A DNA stretch of 64,000 nt from Lentimicrobiaceae bacterium (GCA_041660125.1 JBAZWY010000004.1:165630-229629); one strand, 5' to 3'. Positions 9,372-20,266 are shown, counted from the first letter of the stretch. The notes: generated from the letters alone by a model not told the origin. Numbers and translations: made by a program.

Positions 9372-9473
9372 TCGGATGTTGGATGTTAGATGTCGGAAAT
9401 CAAAATCATTGATTTATCCTAGTTTATTCACTAATCACTATTTGTTATTCACTATTCGTTATTCACTATTCGT
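9372..9473. repeat. Composite repeat: GATGTYGG-type heptamers (reverse complement of ATCCRAC) followed by TTATTCACTATTCG x2-3
   Basis: tcggatg ttggatg ttagatg tcggaaa at 9372-9399. ttattcactaatcac / ttattcactattcg x2 at 9424-9473. Confidence 0.8.
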
Positions 9474-9499
9474 CTCTTGCCTTTTCACCTTTAATCATA

Positions 9500-10069
9500 T
9501 TACATATTCAATCTACGTGTAATCAATTGTTCGACGATAAAAAACAGTTTCTGGGGTGATGCAGTACGCCAGGGCAGGTTATCAAAGTTGCCGCCCATTG
9601 CCAAATAATAATCAAGGTGGCCGGCTTCGAATTCTTGTTTTACGTGGCCACGGAAATTGAGGCATACTATCCAGCCATCTTCCAGTTCATCGAACCATTC
9701 CTGGTAATAATCGTCATCGGAGTAATGAAAATTGAGTACATTTTCGCCAATCAGTATATATTTGGTTATTCTGTTTTCGAGCAGCGTCTCAATTACATTA
9801 CGGTAAAGGAACATAATATCGTTATACAGGCAATCGTTCCATTCGCCAATTAGTTCAATGATACAAAATCCCTGTTCATAATCTGCATAAAGCAACTTCA
9901 CATAAAGTGTTTCGGAACCAATATAATCCCACTGCGGGTGAAGCAAATAATTATAGACTTTTCCGGTGCATTCAAATTCGCTGTATTCGCGCCCATAAAA
10001 AGGTGAGCGTTCATCTTCAGAAGCCTGGTAAAGGTCAAGCCAGCTATAATATGGTTCAATATCGTGCAT
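9500..10069 (-). CDS. Hypothetical protein (189 aa, acidic, Trp/Tyr-rich)
   Basis: Clean ORF. No motif I can name. Confidence 0.6.
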   Translation of the reverse strand: MHDIEPYYSWLDLYQASEDERSPFYGREYSEFECTGKVYNYLLHPQWDYIGSETLYVKLLYADYEQGFCIIELIGEWNDCLYNDIMFLYRNVIETLLENRITKYILIGENVLNFHYSDDDYYQEWFDELEDGWIVCLNFRGHVKQEFEAGHLDYYLAMGGNFDNLPWRTASPQKLFFIVEQLITRRLNM

Positions 10070-10340
10070 ATATTATTAACAACTATGTTTTGTAAAAGAC
10101 AGGGAACTAGTGGTTTTTTTCTTTGATACCAGGTTTCAAATGTCAGATGTCGGCAGTGTATGGAAAGCAGTCTATTATGTGGCACTTCACTATTCAGTTA
10201 CAAAAAACATAAAACGTATTACAAACCCATAAATTACTTCAAGCCCGCCATTTTTTTATGTTTTTTTGTTAACGACTTTGCCGGGCTTATCACGAAAGCT
10301 TGCCGGTTAAAATTAGTTACCAGGTTTGCCAGAACAGGGG

Positions 10341-11831
10341 TCATTTTCGCAGTAGTGCTTTATGAACTTTTCGCCCTTCCCGTACTATGATTTCAACAAC
10401 CTCTTGAATGTCTTTTCTTGAAGTCCTGAAATTTACAATACAAGCTCTTAAACAATATTTGTCCGAAATTACAGCATTCGATAAAAACACTTCACCTCCT
10501 TTTTGTAATTCATTCAATAAACTTTCATTTAACGTGTTCAAATAAGTTTCGCCGTCTTTTCCGTCATGCATATAATCGGAAGGAACATATCTCAAAGTTG
10601 TAATGCTCAGATTTTGTGTTACTGCTTCAAGCTCAGAATGTTTTTTGGCTTCTTCGAATAACATTTGTGAGAGCGCTATGTTTTCGCCAATCATTTCTAT
10701 GTATCCATTCTTTCCTACCTGCTGCAAAGCCATCCAAACCTTTAATGCCCTGAATCCTCTTGAATTCTGAAGGCCGTATTCGTAATAATTGAGAGTGGGT
10801 TCTTCGTCGTTACTACTGAAATTATAATAAACGGGATGCGCACTGTATGTGTCAATCAGATGTTGTGGATTTTTCACTAAGGTGCAACCTGCTTCAAGCG
10901 GTGCATAAAGCCATTTATGAGGATCGAGTGCAATGGAATCAGCTTCCTCAATTCCATTAAACAATTCTTTGTATTGCGGAATTACTGCGGCAGGAATTCC
11001 ATAAGCACCGTCAACATGAAACCATAAATCATTCGCCTTACATATTGTCGCTATTGCAGAAAGATTATCTACCACGCCAGTGCTCACATCTCCGGCATTT
11101 CCAATTACAAGAAATGGTTTTTTGCCATTCTTTAAATCATCATAAATTGTTTGCGACAAAATTTCTGTGTTCATTTTATTGTCAGCATTGGTTGGTATCC
11201 ATCGGATTGCTTTTAAGCCATGTCCGAATAAAACAGCCGCCTTTTCAATCCAGGTGTGAGTTGCTTTTGAGCAATAAAAAACCATTTCACTTTCAATGTT
11301 TCCTAAGCCGTCTTCCTTCAAACTCTTTGGTGCTTTGGCTGTTCTCGCTGCTAAAAAAGCTGTAAGGTTTGCCATGTTTCCGCCGCTCACTAATATTCCC
11401 CCAGATGAAGGCGCTATGCCAATAAATTCTGCCAGCCATTTCACTGTCTGCTTTTCAATAGCGGTTGCCATTGGGCTCAAGATATTGGCGCCCACATTGG
11501 GGTTAACAACAGAAGCTAATAAATCTGCCAATGCGCCAATTGGAGTTGGAGATGAAGTAATATATCCAAAAAATTTCGGATGCCCGTTTAACAATGAATG
11601 ATTGAGTAACAAATCCGAAGTCTTGGAGAATAATTCCGAAACCGAGGTGCCTTGTTCGGGCAATGAATCATTTCCCAATATCTTTTGTATTTGCCTGGGA
11701 GTTTCACCTGTAGTAACAGGTTTTTCATCAATTGTATCCATGAAATTGGAGATAGTATCTACTAATTGATAACCAATTTTCCTGAATTCATCTTTATTGA
11801 TTTTTAGTGGTGATTCCCGATTGTCTGCCAT
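10341..11831 (-). CDS. Pyridoxal-phosphate-dependent group II (aromatic/glutamate-type) amino-acid decarboxylase
   Basis: 496 aa. PLP-lysine region SIALDPHKWLYAP and WFHVDGAYG. Confidence 0.85.
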   Translation of the reverse strand: MADNRESPLKINKDEFRKIGYQLVDTISNFMDTIDEKPVTTGETPRQIQKILGNDSLPEQGTSVSELFSKTSDLLLNHSLLNGHPKFFGYITSSPTPIGALADLLASVVNPNVGANILSPMATAIEKQTVKWLAEFIGIAPSSGGILVSGGNMANLTAFLAARTAKAPKSLKEDGLGNIESEMVFYCSKATHTWIEKAAVLFGHGLKAIRWIPTNADNKMNTEILSQTIYDDLKNGKKPFLVIGNAGDVSTGVVDNLSAIATICKANDLWFHVDGAYGIPAAVIPQYKELFNGIEEADSIALDPHKWLYAPLEAGCTLVKNPQHLIDTYSAHPVYYNFSSNDEEPTLNYYEYGLQNSRGFRALKVWMALQQVGKNGYIEMIGENIALSQMLFEEAKKHSELEAVTQNLSITTLRYVPSDYMHDGKDGETYLNTLNESLLNELQKGGEVFLSNAVISDKYCLRACIVNFRTSRKDIQEVVEIIVREGRKVHKALLRK

Positions 11832-11943
11832 AATAATTCTTATTGGTTTTATTTAGACAAAGTTAATTCCTTATTACAGAGTTTCAAGATTGAACCTCAC
11901 CGATTCATGATCGCAAACGGGCAGATTTGCTAATTTTTATTTC

Positions 11944-12825
11944 CTATTTCCCAAATTCACTGAATTCAGGCACAATGGCAGAGGAGCGTGTTGCTGAATA
12001 AGCTGCAAAAAAACCTATAGCTCCGTTATTGATGTTTCCGGTAACATTGGACGGAGGCCCGCTGAACAGTGGATTTGAACCACGCAGTTCTGCCTGGGCT
12101 TCCATTATGAAAGTATAATATTCCTTGCTAATACTGTTTACTTCAACTGTTACAGTGTCACCCTGAATCAATCCTTCATCCGGTTTACCCTGTTGAAGAT
12201 AAGCAACCGTTGCCCCATTTGTATAATTCCCATTAAAAAATTTATCATCGGTTGCAAACCATTCGTTCAGGCTATCGGTTAGCAATTGACGATTTCGAAA
12301 AATTAAAAACCTGTAAAAATCAACACTGGGTGGTTCCTGTACATAACATTTCACTTCCCAGATTCCATTTTTAGACCATTCGGGATGGAGGAGTAATCCA
12401 ACCGAATCAAGCGGATTAATCGGATTTAGGATTGAAACAGCGGAATAATCAGCGTGCCCGCCAATTGCATTGGCAAGCTTAATATTTAATGTATAAGTCC
12501 GGCCACTGATACCAAATACAGAAGGATCCGTGCGATATACTCCGGCTGTATCTTCATTCAGAATGAATGTTTGTGTTCCATCGGTAATACTCACATTTGC
12601 TCCGGTTACCCTTGGCGCAGGCTGATCATAGAAATAACTGGATGTTGTTCGGAGTATAACTGTTTGAGCCGTTGTATCTGTAGTAATGGCACCGTCAACT
12701 ACCAGACGGACATAACTGTCATCAAGCTGAATATCTATTTTTTCGGTACAGGAAACAGCCAGGATCGAAAACAGGGAAATAATAAATAGTGCTTTGATGT
12801 ATTTCATTTTATTCAAATTATTCAA
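11944..12825 (-). CDS. DUF4249-like lipoprotein partner of the adjacent TonB-dependent receptor
   Basis: Lipobox FSILAVSC, N-terminal pattern LVVDGAITTD, and position immediately downstream of a CarboxypepD_reg-type receptor. The real start may be the internal MKYIKAL. Confidence 0.7.
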   Translation of the reverse strand: MNNLNKMKYIKALFIISLFSILAVSCTEKIDIQLDDSYVRLVVDGAITTDTTAQTVILRTTSSYFYDQPAPRVTGANVSITDGTQTFILNEDTAGVYRTDPSVFGISGRTYTLNIKLANAIGGHADYSAVSILNPINPLDSVGLLLHPEWSKNGIWEVKCYVQEPPSVDFYRFLIFRNRQLLTDSLNEWFATDDKFFNGNYTNGATVAYLQQGKPDEGLIQGDTVTVEVNSISKEYYTFIMEAQAELRGSNPLFSGPPSNVTGNINNGAIGFFAAYSATRSSAIVPEFSEFGK

Positions 12826-12984
12826 AAGTATAAAGGCTTCGCGTGCTATGTTTACACTTCAAAGTTCAAAGATCACTGCTTGCTCCAGGCAAAAAATGCT
12901 TCGCATTCAAAGTTCTCAATACGGAACCTGGCACCTTAATCCTATTGATTTGAAAACACGTTAATGTTTTATCTGCCATCTCGA

Positions 12985-15339
12985 TTAAAACTTAAAGTTA
13001 TACGTCAACGCCGGAATGATGGCAAAAAGGTACGTCTTTTCGGCATAAGTTACATTTGGATTATTTGAATCCTCCGTAAAGTTAATCGACCATGCATTGT
13101 GCCTGTTGTATGCATTATAAACAGATAAGTTCCATTCGCCGTGCCATTTTTTCCCTGGTTTTTCTTTACCCTTGAGTGAAACCGATACATCAAGGCGGTG
13201 ATAATCAGGCATACGATATGCATTACGGTTCGAATATATCGGAATAATTGCATTGCCAACAACCGCGCGTCCGGTCGGGAAAGTTACCGGGAGACCGGTT
13301 GCATAAACCCAGGTTGCTGACGCCGAAACCCGCTTTGAGAAATCATAATTGGCTACCGCATTCACTGAATGCGGTTTATCATAAGGCGCATTATAAAGAT
13401 TGCCTCCGTTAATTTCCGGGATTATCCGGAAAGATCTTGAGTACGTGTAACTTATCCACCCTGTTAGATGCCCTTCGTTTTTGCGAATCATGGTTTCAAC
13501 TCCATACGAATATCCTTTCCCAATGCGTAACTCACCTTCGATATAAGGATTAAGCAGGAGCTGGGCATGATCGCGGAAATCAATGACATTCCTGAATTTT
13601 TTATAATACGTCTCAAACGAGACCTCGTACATATTCTGTTTTAAATTCCTGAAATACCCTATTGCAAACTGGTCGCATAATTGTGGTTTTACGTTTGGTG
13701 TAGCCGGGAACCAGATATCAAGAGGGGTTCCGGCAGTTGAGTTTTGCGCAAGGGTCAGAAACTGTGCGGCATGCGAATAGCTCCCTTTTATGGATGATAC
13801 ATCATTTACCAGGTAGGTAAATGCCAGGCGGGGTTCCAGACTTGAATAGGAATTAAATAAATCGCTTTTCCCATATACTGTGCTGTCAACAGGGTTATAA
13901 TTTGCATCAAAATGGTAATACGTTCCCGGGCCGATATTTTGAAACAGGGCGTACCTTAAACCATATTTAAGGGTCAATTTTTGCGAAATTTTATATTCAT
14001 CAGAGGCATACAGGCTATGTTCCAACGCGTACTCAGCTGGAAGTATAAATTCAGTTACGGCGCTTTCGTTCCCTAGCCCGCTGGCTGTTCCGGGGAAAAA
14101 TATATGATACATCGTAGTAGCTCCGAACCTGAGCGTATGTTTATTGGATACGTAATGTGTAAAATCGAAGCGGGCTGAATAATCGCGCATTTTTGAAGTC
14201 CATCTAAACGAATTCGCATCACCTTCGGGGGTTCCGAGTTCATAATTGTAGTTCGAATAAATCAGGCTGAGGTTGAAGAAGAGTTTTTTTGAAAAAAGAT
14301 GGTTCCAGCGCAGCGAACCAGTCTGGTTGCCAAATCCCATGGAGGCAAACTGATTTTTAAATGTATCGCGACCGGCGTAACCCGAAAAATAGACACGGTT
14401 ATTTTCGTCGATCACGTGGGTTACTTTCAGGTTTAAGTCATAAAAGTAGAGTTTATTGTCGCGAACCTCTTTATCCTTTGCAAAAGGCAGGAACAAATCG
14501 GCATACGTCCTGCGTGCGGAAACCAGGAAAGTTGTACGATCCTTAATAATCGGGCCTTCCAATGTAAGCTTGCTCGACACGGTGCCAACACTTCCTGTTA
14601 CAACGAACTTTTTAGCATTTCCATCCCTCATATGAACTTCAAGCAACGAGGAAAGTCTTCCTCCGTATGCAGCCGGGATATCACCCTTGTAAAGAATGAC
14701 ATCTTTTACAGCATCATTGTTAAATACTGAAAAGAATCCTAACAGATGCGAGGCATTATGAATGGTGGCTTCATCGAGGATAATAAGATTCTGATCGGAG
14801 TTGCCGCCACGCACACTAAACCCGGTTGATCCTTCGCTGGTTGACTGCACACCAGGAAGAAGCTGCAATACTTTCACCACATCAATTTCACCAAGCAGAG
14901 CAGGCACTTTTTGTATGGTTTTAATATCCATTTTCACCAGGCTCATTTCGGGGGCACGTATATTTTCATCAGTTCGCTTGCCGGTAATCACTACTTCACC
15001 TAAAACAGCCTGAAAAAGTTGCAAACTGATGTCAATAGTCAGATTTCTATCCAGCTGTATTTGTTTCTCCTGAGTATCATAGCCAACGTAGGAATACTTG
15101 ATTTTGTATTTTCCGGGTGCAAGACTCAGCGAATAAAACCCATACACATTTGTTACTGTTCCAACTTTCAGGTCAGCACAATACACGCTAACACCAATCA
15201 GCATCTCTCCGTTTGACTGATCACGCACATATCCGCTCAGGGTCACTTTACCCTGATCGTTTTCGTAAAAACCCGCTCTGCTGATAAAGGGACGAAGAAG
15301 AAATGGAATGAAAACAAAAAAAAGGAGAAGTTTTCGCAT
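12985..15339 (-). CDS. TonB-dependent receptor with N-terminal carboxypeptidase-regulatory-like domain
   Basis: Start moved to MRKLLLFFVF (ATG at 15339). SGYVRDQSNGEMLIGVSVY (CarboxypepD_reg), plug region, C-terminal beta-barrel ending ...LTYNFKF. Confidence 0.88.
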   Translation of the reverse strand: MRKLLLFFVFIPFLLRPFISRAGFYENDQGKVTLSGYVRDQSNGEMLIGVSVYCADLKVGTVTNVYGFYSLSLAPGKYKIKYSYVGYDTQEKQIQLDRNLTIDISLQLFQAVLGEVVITGKRTDENIRAPEMSLVKMDIKTIQKVPALLGEIDVVKVLQLLPGVQSTSEGSTGFSVRGGNSDQNLIILDEATIHNASHLLGFFSVFNNDAVKDVILYKGDIPAAYGGRLSSLLEVHMRDGNAKKFVVTGSVGTVSSKLTLEGPIIKDRTTFLVSARRTYADLFLPFAKDKEVRDNKLYFYDLNLKVTHVIDENNRVYFSGYAGRDTFKNQFASMGFGNQTGSLRWNHLFSKKLFFNLSLIYSNYNYELGTPEGDANSFRWTSKMRDYSARFDFTHYVSNKHTLRFGATTMYHIFFPGTASGLGNESAVTEFILPAEYALEHSLYASDEYKISQKLTLKYGLRYALFQNIGPGTYYHFDANYNPVDSTVYGKSDLFNSYSSLEPRLAFTYLVNDVSSIKGSYSHAAQFLTLAQNSTAGTPLDIWFPATPNVKPQLCDQFAIGYFRNLKQNMYEVSFETYYKKFRNVIDFRDHAQLLLNPYIEGELRIGKGYSYGVETMIRKNEGHLTGWISYTYSRSFRIIPEINGGNLYNAPYDKPHSVNAVANYDFSKRVSASATWVYATGLPVTFPTGRAVVGNAIIPIYSNRNAYRMPDYHRLDVSVSLKGKEKPGKKWHGEWNLSVYNAYNRHNAWSINFTEDSNNPNVTYAEKTYLFAIIPALTYNFKF

Positions 15340-15407
15340 GAATAAAATCAAATTCCGGTAAAAGATCGGTAAAACAAAATAAGATTTAATTATGTTCACA
15401 AATGAAA

Positions 15408-16625
15408 TTACCTGAAAGCAGCCATCAGGAGATTTATATCCTGGAAAGGAAGGCGAAACGAATCGCTGAGAAATTTATTGGTCGATATCCCATTGTATAA
15501 GTACACACCCTGGCGGACCCCGTAATCGGAATGCAATACCTTTTCGACTCCGCCTTCTTCACCAATTCGCAACAAAATTGGCGACAGGAAATTGCTTAAA
15601 GCATAGGAAGCTGTATGAGGCACTTTTGAGGCTATATTAGGCACACAATAATGAGTTACTCCGTATTGTTTAAAAACAGGGTTGCGGTGGTCGGTTAACC
15701 TGGATGTTTCGAAACAGCCGCCCTGATCGATGCTTACATCAATAATTACAGCTCCCGTTTTCATTTGTTGCACCATTTCCTCGGTTACAACAATAGGAGT
15801 ACGTCCATAAGCAGTGTGAATTGCACCGATAACAACATCAGCTGAGCGCAGTGCATTCATAAGCACCCTGGGCTGTATCATGGAAGTATAAACCCTTGTG
15901 TTCAGGTTATTTTGCAGCCGGCGTAATTTATATACCGAATTATCGAATATCTTTACGAAAGCTCCCATGCCTAACGCAGCTCTTGTAGCATATTCGCCAA
16001 CTGTCCCTGCACCGAGAATAACGACTTCGGTGGGCGAAATTCCCGAAAAACCGCCAAGCATCTTTCCCCGTCCATAATCAGGGTTACTCATGTATTCAGC
16101 AGCTACCAGCATCGAAGTATTGCCGGCGATTTCGCTCATTGCCCGAATTACGGGAAATGTTCCTGCTTTATCCTGAACGTACTCGAAAGCCAATGCTGTA
16201 ATGCGTTTCAGCAGCAAGCGTCTGAAATATTCCTCGTTTATGGCTGAAGTATGAATGGAAGAAATAATGGTTTGTTTATTCCCCATCATTTCAATTTCCT
16301 CCAGGGTAGGAGGAGCAATTTTAAGCAAGATGTCAGCTCCAAATATTTTTTTAGTATCGTGAATGATCTCACCACCCATCTCGGCATATTCGGCATCGGG
16401 GAAGTGGGCTGCCTTACCGGCATCAGCTTCTATCAGTACCTGGTGACCGTGATGAACGAGTAAACCCACAGCATCAGGATCCAGTGGTATCCGATTCTCC
16501 GAAAATGCACATTCCTTCGGAACGCCAATAACTAGATTTTTCTGACTACTCTTTACTTCCAGCCGCTCTTCCTGGGGCATCAATTGTTCCGAATGAAGTA
16601 TTCCGGAGTAGTTATTTTGTGCCAT
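15408..16625 (-). CDS. ald: Alanine dehydrogenase/PNT-family NAD(H)-dependent dehydrogenase
   Basis: 405 aa. Rossmann motif VVILGAGTVGEYA and AlaDH/PNT N- and C-domains recognised by eye. Confidence 0.75.
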   Translation of the reverse strand: MAQNNYSGILHSEQLMPQEERLEVKSSQKNLVIGVPKECAFSENRIPLDPDAVGLLVHHGHQVLIEADAGKAAHFPDAEYAEMGGEIIHDTKKIFGADILLKIAPPTLEEIEMMGNKQTIISSIHTSAINEEYFRRLLLKRITALAFEYVQDKAGTFPVIRAMSEIAGNTSMLVAAEYMSNPDYGRGKMLGGFSGISPTEVVILGAGTVGEYATRAALGMGAFVKIFDNSVYKLRRLQNNLNTRVYTSMIQPRVLMNALRSADVVIGAIHTAYGRTPIVVTEEMVQQMKTGAVIIDVSIDQGGCFETSRLTDHRNPVFKQYGVTHYCVPNIASKVPHTASYALSNFLSPILLRIGEEGGVEKVLHSDYGVRQGVYLYNGISTNKFLSDSFRLPFQDINLLMAAFR

Positions 16626-16644
16626 AACTCTATTATTTCAAAAA

Positions 16645-17064
16645 TCAGAATGTAATGGTACGCATGGTGCCATCCGGCGAAACCAGGATATGTACATGTA
16701 CCGTTTCTTCGGGTAACAAATTTACGATTTTTTCGGGCCATTCCAGCAAACAGTAATTCCCGCTGTAAAAGTAATCTTCATAACCGATTTCCAGCATTTC
16801 GGTCCAGGATTTAATCCTGTAAAGATCAAAATGATAAATACTTGTTAAATTTTCTGTAAAATATTCATTCACAATAGCGAATGTAGGACTGCTTACCGTG
16901 TCAGTAACTTTTAAATGTTCACAGATTGTCTTGATAAAGGTTGTTTTACCGGCTCCCATTTCGCCATGAAAAGCAAAGATTCTTTTATCTTTATGAAATT
17001 CAATCAATCTGGCGGCTATTGGTTGAAGTTCATCAGGAGACTGACATGTATAAATTTGAGCCAT
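16645..17064 (-). CDS. tsaE: tRNA t6A37 biosynthesis ATPase TsaE
   Basis: 139 aa. P-loop GEMGAGKTTF, SPTFAIVNEY, HFDLYR. Confidence 0.92.
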   Translation of the reverse strand: MAQIYTCQSPDELQPIAARLIEFHKDKRIFAFHGEMGAGKTTFIKTICEHLKVTDTVSSPTFAIVNEYFTENLTSIYHFDLYRIKSWTEMLEIGYEDYFYSGNYCLLEWPEKIVNLLPEETVHVHILVSPDGTMRTITF

Positions 17065-17279
17065 GCGTGAAGGTTAGTATTTCAATGAATGGTTCATGTT
17101 ATTGCAGGTAGAGAATTTCTGTTTTTTGTTGTGCCGAAGTGCAGGGTGCCGAAGTACCGGGTACCGATGTACAGGGTTTCGTTTGTCGGAGTGTTGGGAT
17201 TGGTAGATTGTAACCAGAAACTTGATATCTGAAACCATTTCCCTATTTCCCTTTTTTCTATTTTCTATTTTTCCCACCC

Positions 17280-18833
17280 CTACTTTGCTTTCATATAAAT
17301 GAACGGGATCATGATTTCCTCCATCGAAATGCCTCCGTGCTGGATGGTATCGCGGTAATACTGAACATAGTGATTGTAGTTGTTGGGATAAGCAAAGAAA
17401 TCGACGCCCCGACAAAACAGATAGGTTGAACTCACATTGGTACGCGGAAGAAAAGCTTCAGCCGGATTTTTAACCTCAAATACTTCATTTTTATTATAAT
17501 TAAGGCTTTTCCCGTTTTTATAACGGAGATTGGTATTGGTAGCACGGTCGCCAATCACTTTAACCGGGTTGCTAACTCTTACCGAGCCGTGATCGGTAGT
17601 TATAATGAGAGGTATCTTTTTTGCAGCCAGGAATTTAATAATATCGAGCAGCGGTGAATGTTCGAACCAACTTACCGTTAACGAACGGTACGCCGCTTCG
17701 TCGTCGGCCAGTTCGCGTATCACTTCCATTTCGGTTCGGGCGTGTGAGAGCATATCCACGAAATTGTAAACAATGACATTAAAACGGTTGTCCATCAGGT
17801 TGGGAAGCGTATCAACCAGTTTACGGCCTGCAGTAAGATTCAGGATTTTCGTATAGGAATATTTCACATCGTGCCCGAACCGTTTCATATTTTCACGAAG
17901 CAATTCTCCTTCATACATGTTCTTACTGCCGTCTTCATCTTCTTCGACCCAGTATTTTGGATATTTTTTAATTATTTCGGTTGGCATAAGACCTGAGAAC
18001 AAAGCATTGCGGGCATACTGCGTTGTTGAAGGCAATATGCTGTAATACAATTCATCGCTCTCAACGCGGTAATATTCCTCAAAAATAGGCTGAAGCATTT
18101 TCCACTGGTCGTACCGCAGGTTATCGATTAAGATCAGGAACATCGAGCTGTTCTCTTTTATCAAAGGGAAAACTTTCTCACGCAAAAGTGTATGAGATTG
18201 GATAGGCTTATCGTCACTTCGGCCATTCAGCCAATCGAGGTAATTCCGTTCGACGTATTTACAAAAAACCTGGTTGGCTTCATCTTTCTGCGAACGCATT
18301 ATATCAATAATTCCCTGGTCCTGGGCTTTTTCGAGTTCGAGTTCCCAGTAAACCAATTTTTTATAAACTTCGACCCATTCATTAAAATCAAGCCTGTTGC
18401 TGATTTCCATTCCTATGTTACGAAATTGCTGTTGATAGGCATGAGTCGTTTTTTCACTGACCAGCCGCTTGTTTTCCAGGTTTTTCTTTACACTCAGCAA
18501 TATCTGTTTCGGGTTAACAGGCTTAATCAGGTAATCCGATATGCTTGCCCCGATTGCATCTTCCATGATATGTTCTTCTTCACTTTTGGTGATCATCACA
18601 ACGGGTAAGTTTGGGTAACTCGCTTTAATGATTGAAAGGGTTTCGATGCCCGACAATCCAGGCATGTTTTCGTCAAGAAAAACGATATCCACTGTTTTGG
18701 ACTTCAGCAAATCAATAGCTTCGTCACCATTATTCGTTGTAAATACTTCATACCCCTTGTCCTTAAGAAACATGATATGCGGTTTCAAAAGATCAATTTC
18801 ATCGTCGGCCCACAATATTACTCCGTTTTCCAT
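17280..18833 (-). CDS. porX: PorX-type response regulator with PglZ/alkaline-phosphatase-like domain (T9SS regulator)
   Basis: 517 aa. Receiver domain ILWADDEIDLLKPHIMFL...VFLDENMPGLSG...ITKSEEE...DYLIKPVNP followed by a PglZ domain. Collinear with the PorX proteins I recall, and adjacent to tsaE. Confidence 0.88.
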   Translation of the reverse strand: MENGVILWADDEIDLLKPHIMFLKDKGYEVFTTNNGDEAIDLLKSKTVDIVFLDENMPGLSGIETLSIIKASYPNLPVVMITKSEEEHIMEDAIGASISDYLIKPVNPKQILLSVKKNLENKRLVSEKTTHAYQQQFRNIGMEISNRLDFNEWVEVYKKLVYWELELEKAQDQGIIDIMRSQKDEANQVFCKYVERNYLDWLNGRSDDKPIQSHTLLREKVFPLIKENSSMFLILIDNLRYDQWKMLQPIFEEYYRVESDELYYSILPSTTQYARNALFSGLMPTEIIKKYPKYWVEEDEDGSKNMYEGELLRENMKRFGHDVKYSYTKILNLTAGRKLVDTLPNLMDNRFNVIVYNFVDMLSHARTEMEVIRELADDEAAYRSLTVSWFEHSPLLDIIKFLAAKKIPLIITTDHGSVRVSNPVKVIGDRATNTNLRYKNGKSLNYNKNEVFEVKNPAEAFLPRTNVSSTYLFCRGVDFFAYPNNYNHYVQYYRDTIQHGGISMEEIMIPFIYMKAK

Positions 18834-18879
18834 TTTTTTGAATTAGCTTTACTATATAACAATCAATAAGCGCATTTGT

Positions 18880-18887
18880 TATCTTTG
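18880..18887 (+). promoter_or_regulatory. Candidate -7 box TATCTTTG
   Basis: TAnnTTTG match 135 nt upstream of the HD-domain gene (long leader, so uncertain). Confidence 0.35.
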
Positions 18888-19021
18888 CATACCTGGACTA
18901 AAAGAGTGAGGTCGAAGATTTTTTAATACCATCTGATACTAACATACTAAGTCATCCTTTAATGGTTTATTGTGTTTGTAAACGAATTAACGTTACTTTT
19001 ATACAAATTTAACAAAATAGA

Positions 19022-20266
19022 GTGTCAACTGAACCTGCCTTTAAACGAAAAATAATAAACGACCCGCTTTATGGTTTTATTACCATTGCCGATAAATTGG
19101 TTTTTGATGTAATTGAGCACCCGTTTTTCCAACGCCTCCGGAGGATAGAACAGTTAGGATACGCATCAATGGTGTATCCGGGTGCGTTACATACTCGGTT
19201 TCAACATGCTATTGGCGCCATGCACCTTATGGGCCTGGCCATTGAAACACTACGATCGAAGGGATTTGAAATTTCGCAGCAGGAATCACAGGGAGCAACA
19301 CTGGCTATTCTGCTGCACGATATCGGGCACGGACCTTTTTCGCATGCACTTGAACATCATATTGTTCACAATATTTCGCATGAGGAAATTACCCTCATGT
19401 TTTTGAAACAATTGAATACCGAATTCGAAAACAAATTGGAAACCGCCATTGCCATTTTCGAAAACACTTATCCCCGTAAGTTTTTACACCAATTAGTATC
19501 AGGGCAACTTGATGTTGACAGGCTCGATTACCTGATGCGTGATAGTTTCTACACCGGTGTCAACGAAGGCGTGATTAGTACCGACCGGATACTGAAAATG
19601 CTGACTGTTGTGGATGATGATCTGGCTGTTGAACTGAAAGGCATTTATTCAATTGAAAAGTTTATTGTTGCCCGCCGGTTGATGTACTGGCAGGTATATT
19701 ATCATAAAACTGTGCTGGCCGTAGAATATATGCAGATCAGCATACTGAACAGGGCCAGGGTACTTGCAAGTGAGGGAAAAGATTTGCCTGCTTCATCAGC
19801 CTTACAGTTTTTCCTGAGTCATCAGATCGGGAAGGAACAATTTGAAACATCACCTGCCATACTTTCAACCTTTGCTGCGCTTGACGATTACGACATTCAT
19901 TCTGCAATAAAGCAATGGTCGTCACATACTGATCCGATTCTGAGTTCCTTATGCACATCACTTCTTAACAGGAATCTCTTCAGGGTTATAATCACCCCAA
20001 CTCCTTTCGCAGAAGAAAAAATTACCGAAATACGGAACAGGATAACAGAAAAACTAAAACTGAAAGGAGAAGAGTACCATTATTTTACCGGCCAGGGAGA
20101 AATCTCAAACAGTGCCTACGATCCCAACAACGATCGAATAACTATTGTAGATAAAGACGGTGAACGATGGGATATTTCCGGTCTGTCCGAACAGCTGAAT
20201 ATTGCAATTTACAATAAAACTGTTTCAAAGTACTTCACCTGGTTTCCTAAATGGGCCGACAAATGA
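19022..20266 (+). CDS. HD-domain phosphohydrolase (dNTPase/SAMHD-like)
   Basis: 414 aa, GTG start. RFQHAIG...LLHDIGHGPFSH...DVDRLDYLMRD motifs. Conserved position upstream of lpxD. Confidence 0.88.
   Translation: MSTEPAFKRKIINDPLYGFITIADKLVFDVIEHPFFQRLRRIEQLGYASMVYPGALHTRFQHAIGAMHLMGLAIETLRSKGFEISQQESQGATLAILLHDIGHGPFSHALEHHIVHNISHEEITLMFLKQLNTEFENKLETAIAIFENTYPRKFLHQLVSGQLDVDRLDYLMRDSFYTGVNEGVISTDRILKMLTVVDDDLAVELKGIYSIEKFIVARRLMYWQVYYHKTVLAVEYMQISILNRARVLASEGKDLPASSALQFFLSHQIGKEQFETSPAILSTFAALDDYDIHSAIKQWSSHTDPILSSLCTSLLNRNLFRVIITPTPFAEEKITEIRNRITEKLKLKGEEYHYFTGQGEISNSAYDPNNDRITIVDKDGERWDISGLSEQLNIAIYNKTVSKYFTWFPKWADK

Noticed and set aside
9898-10390. ORFs 9898-10185 (-), 9907-10095 (+) and 10160-10390 (+) around the start of the 9500-10069 gene
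   Set aside because: They overlap supported genes or span intergenic repeat motifs, and no family signal is present.
17074-17415. 113-aa ORF downstream of and overlapping the porX 3' end
   Set aside because: It overlaps the porX coding end and runs through a degenerate GC-rich 8-mer repeat region (GTGCCGAAGTGCAGGGTGCCGAAGTACCGGGTACCGATGTACAGGG). It has no start context and a low-complexity product.
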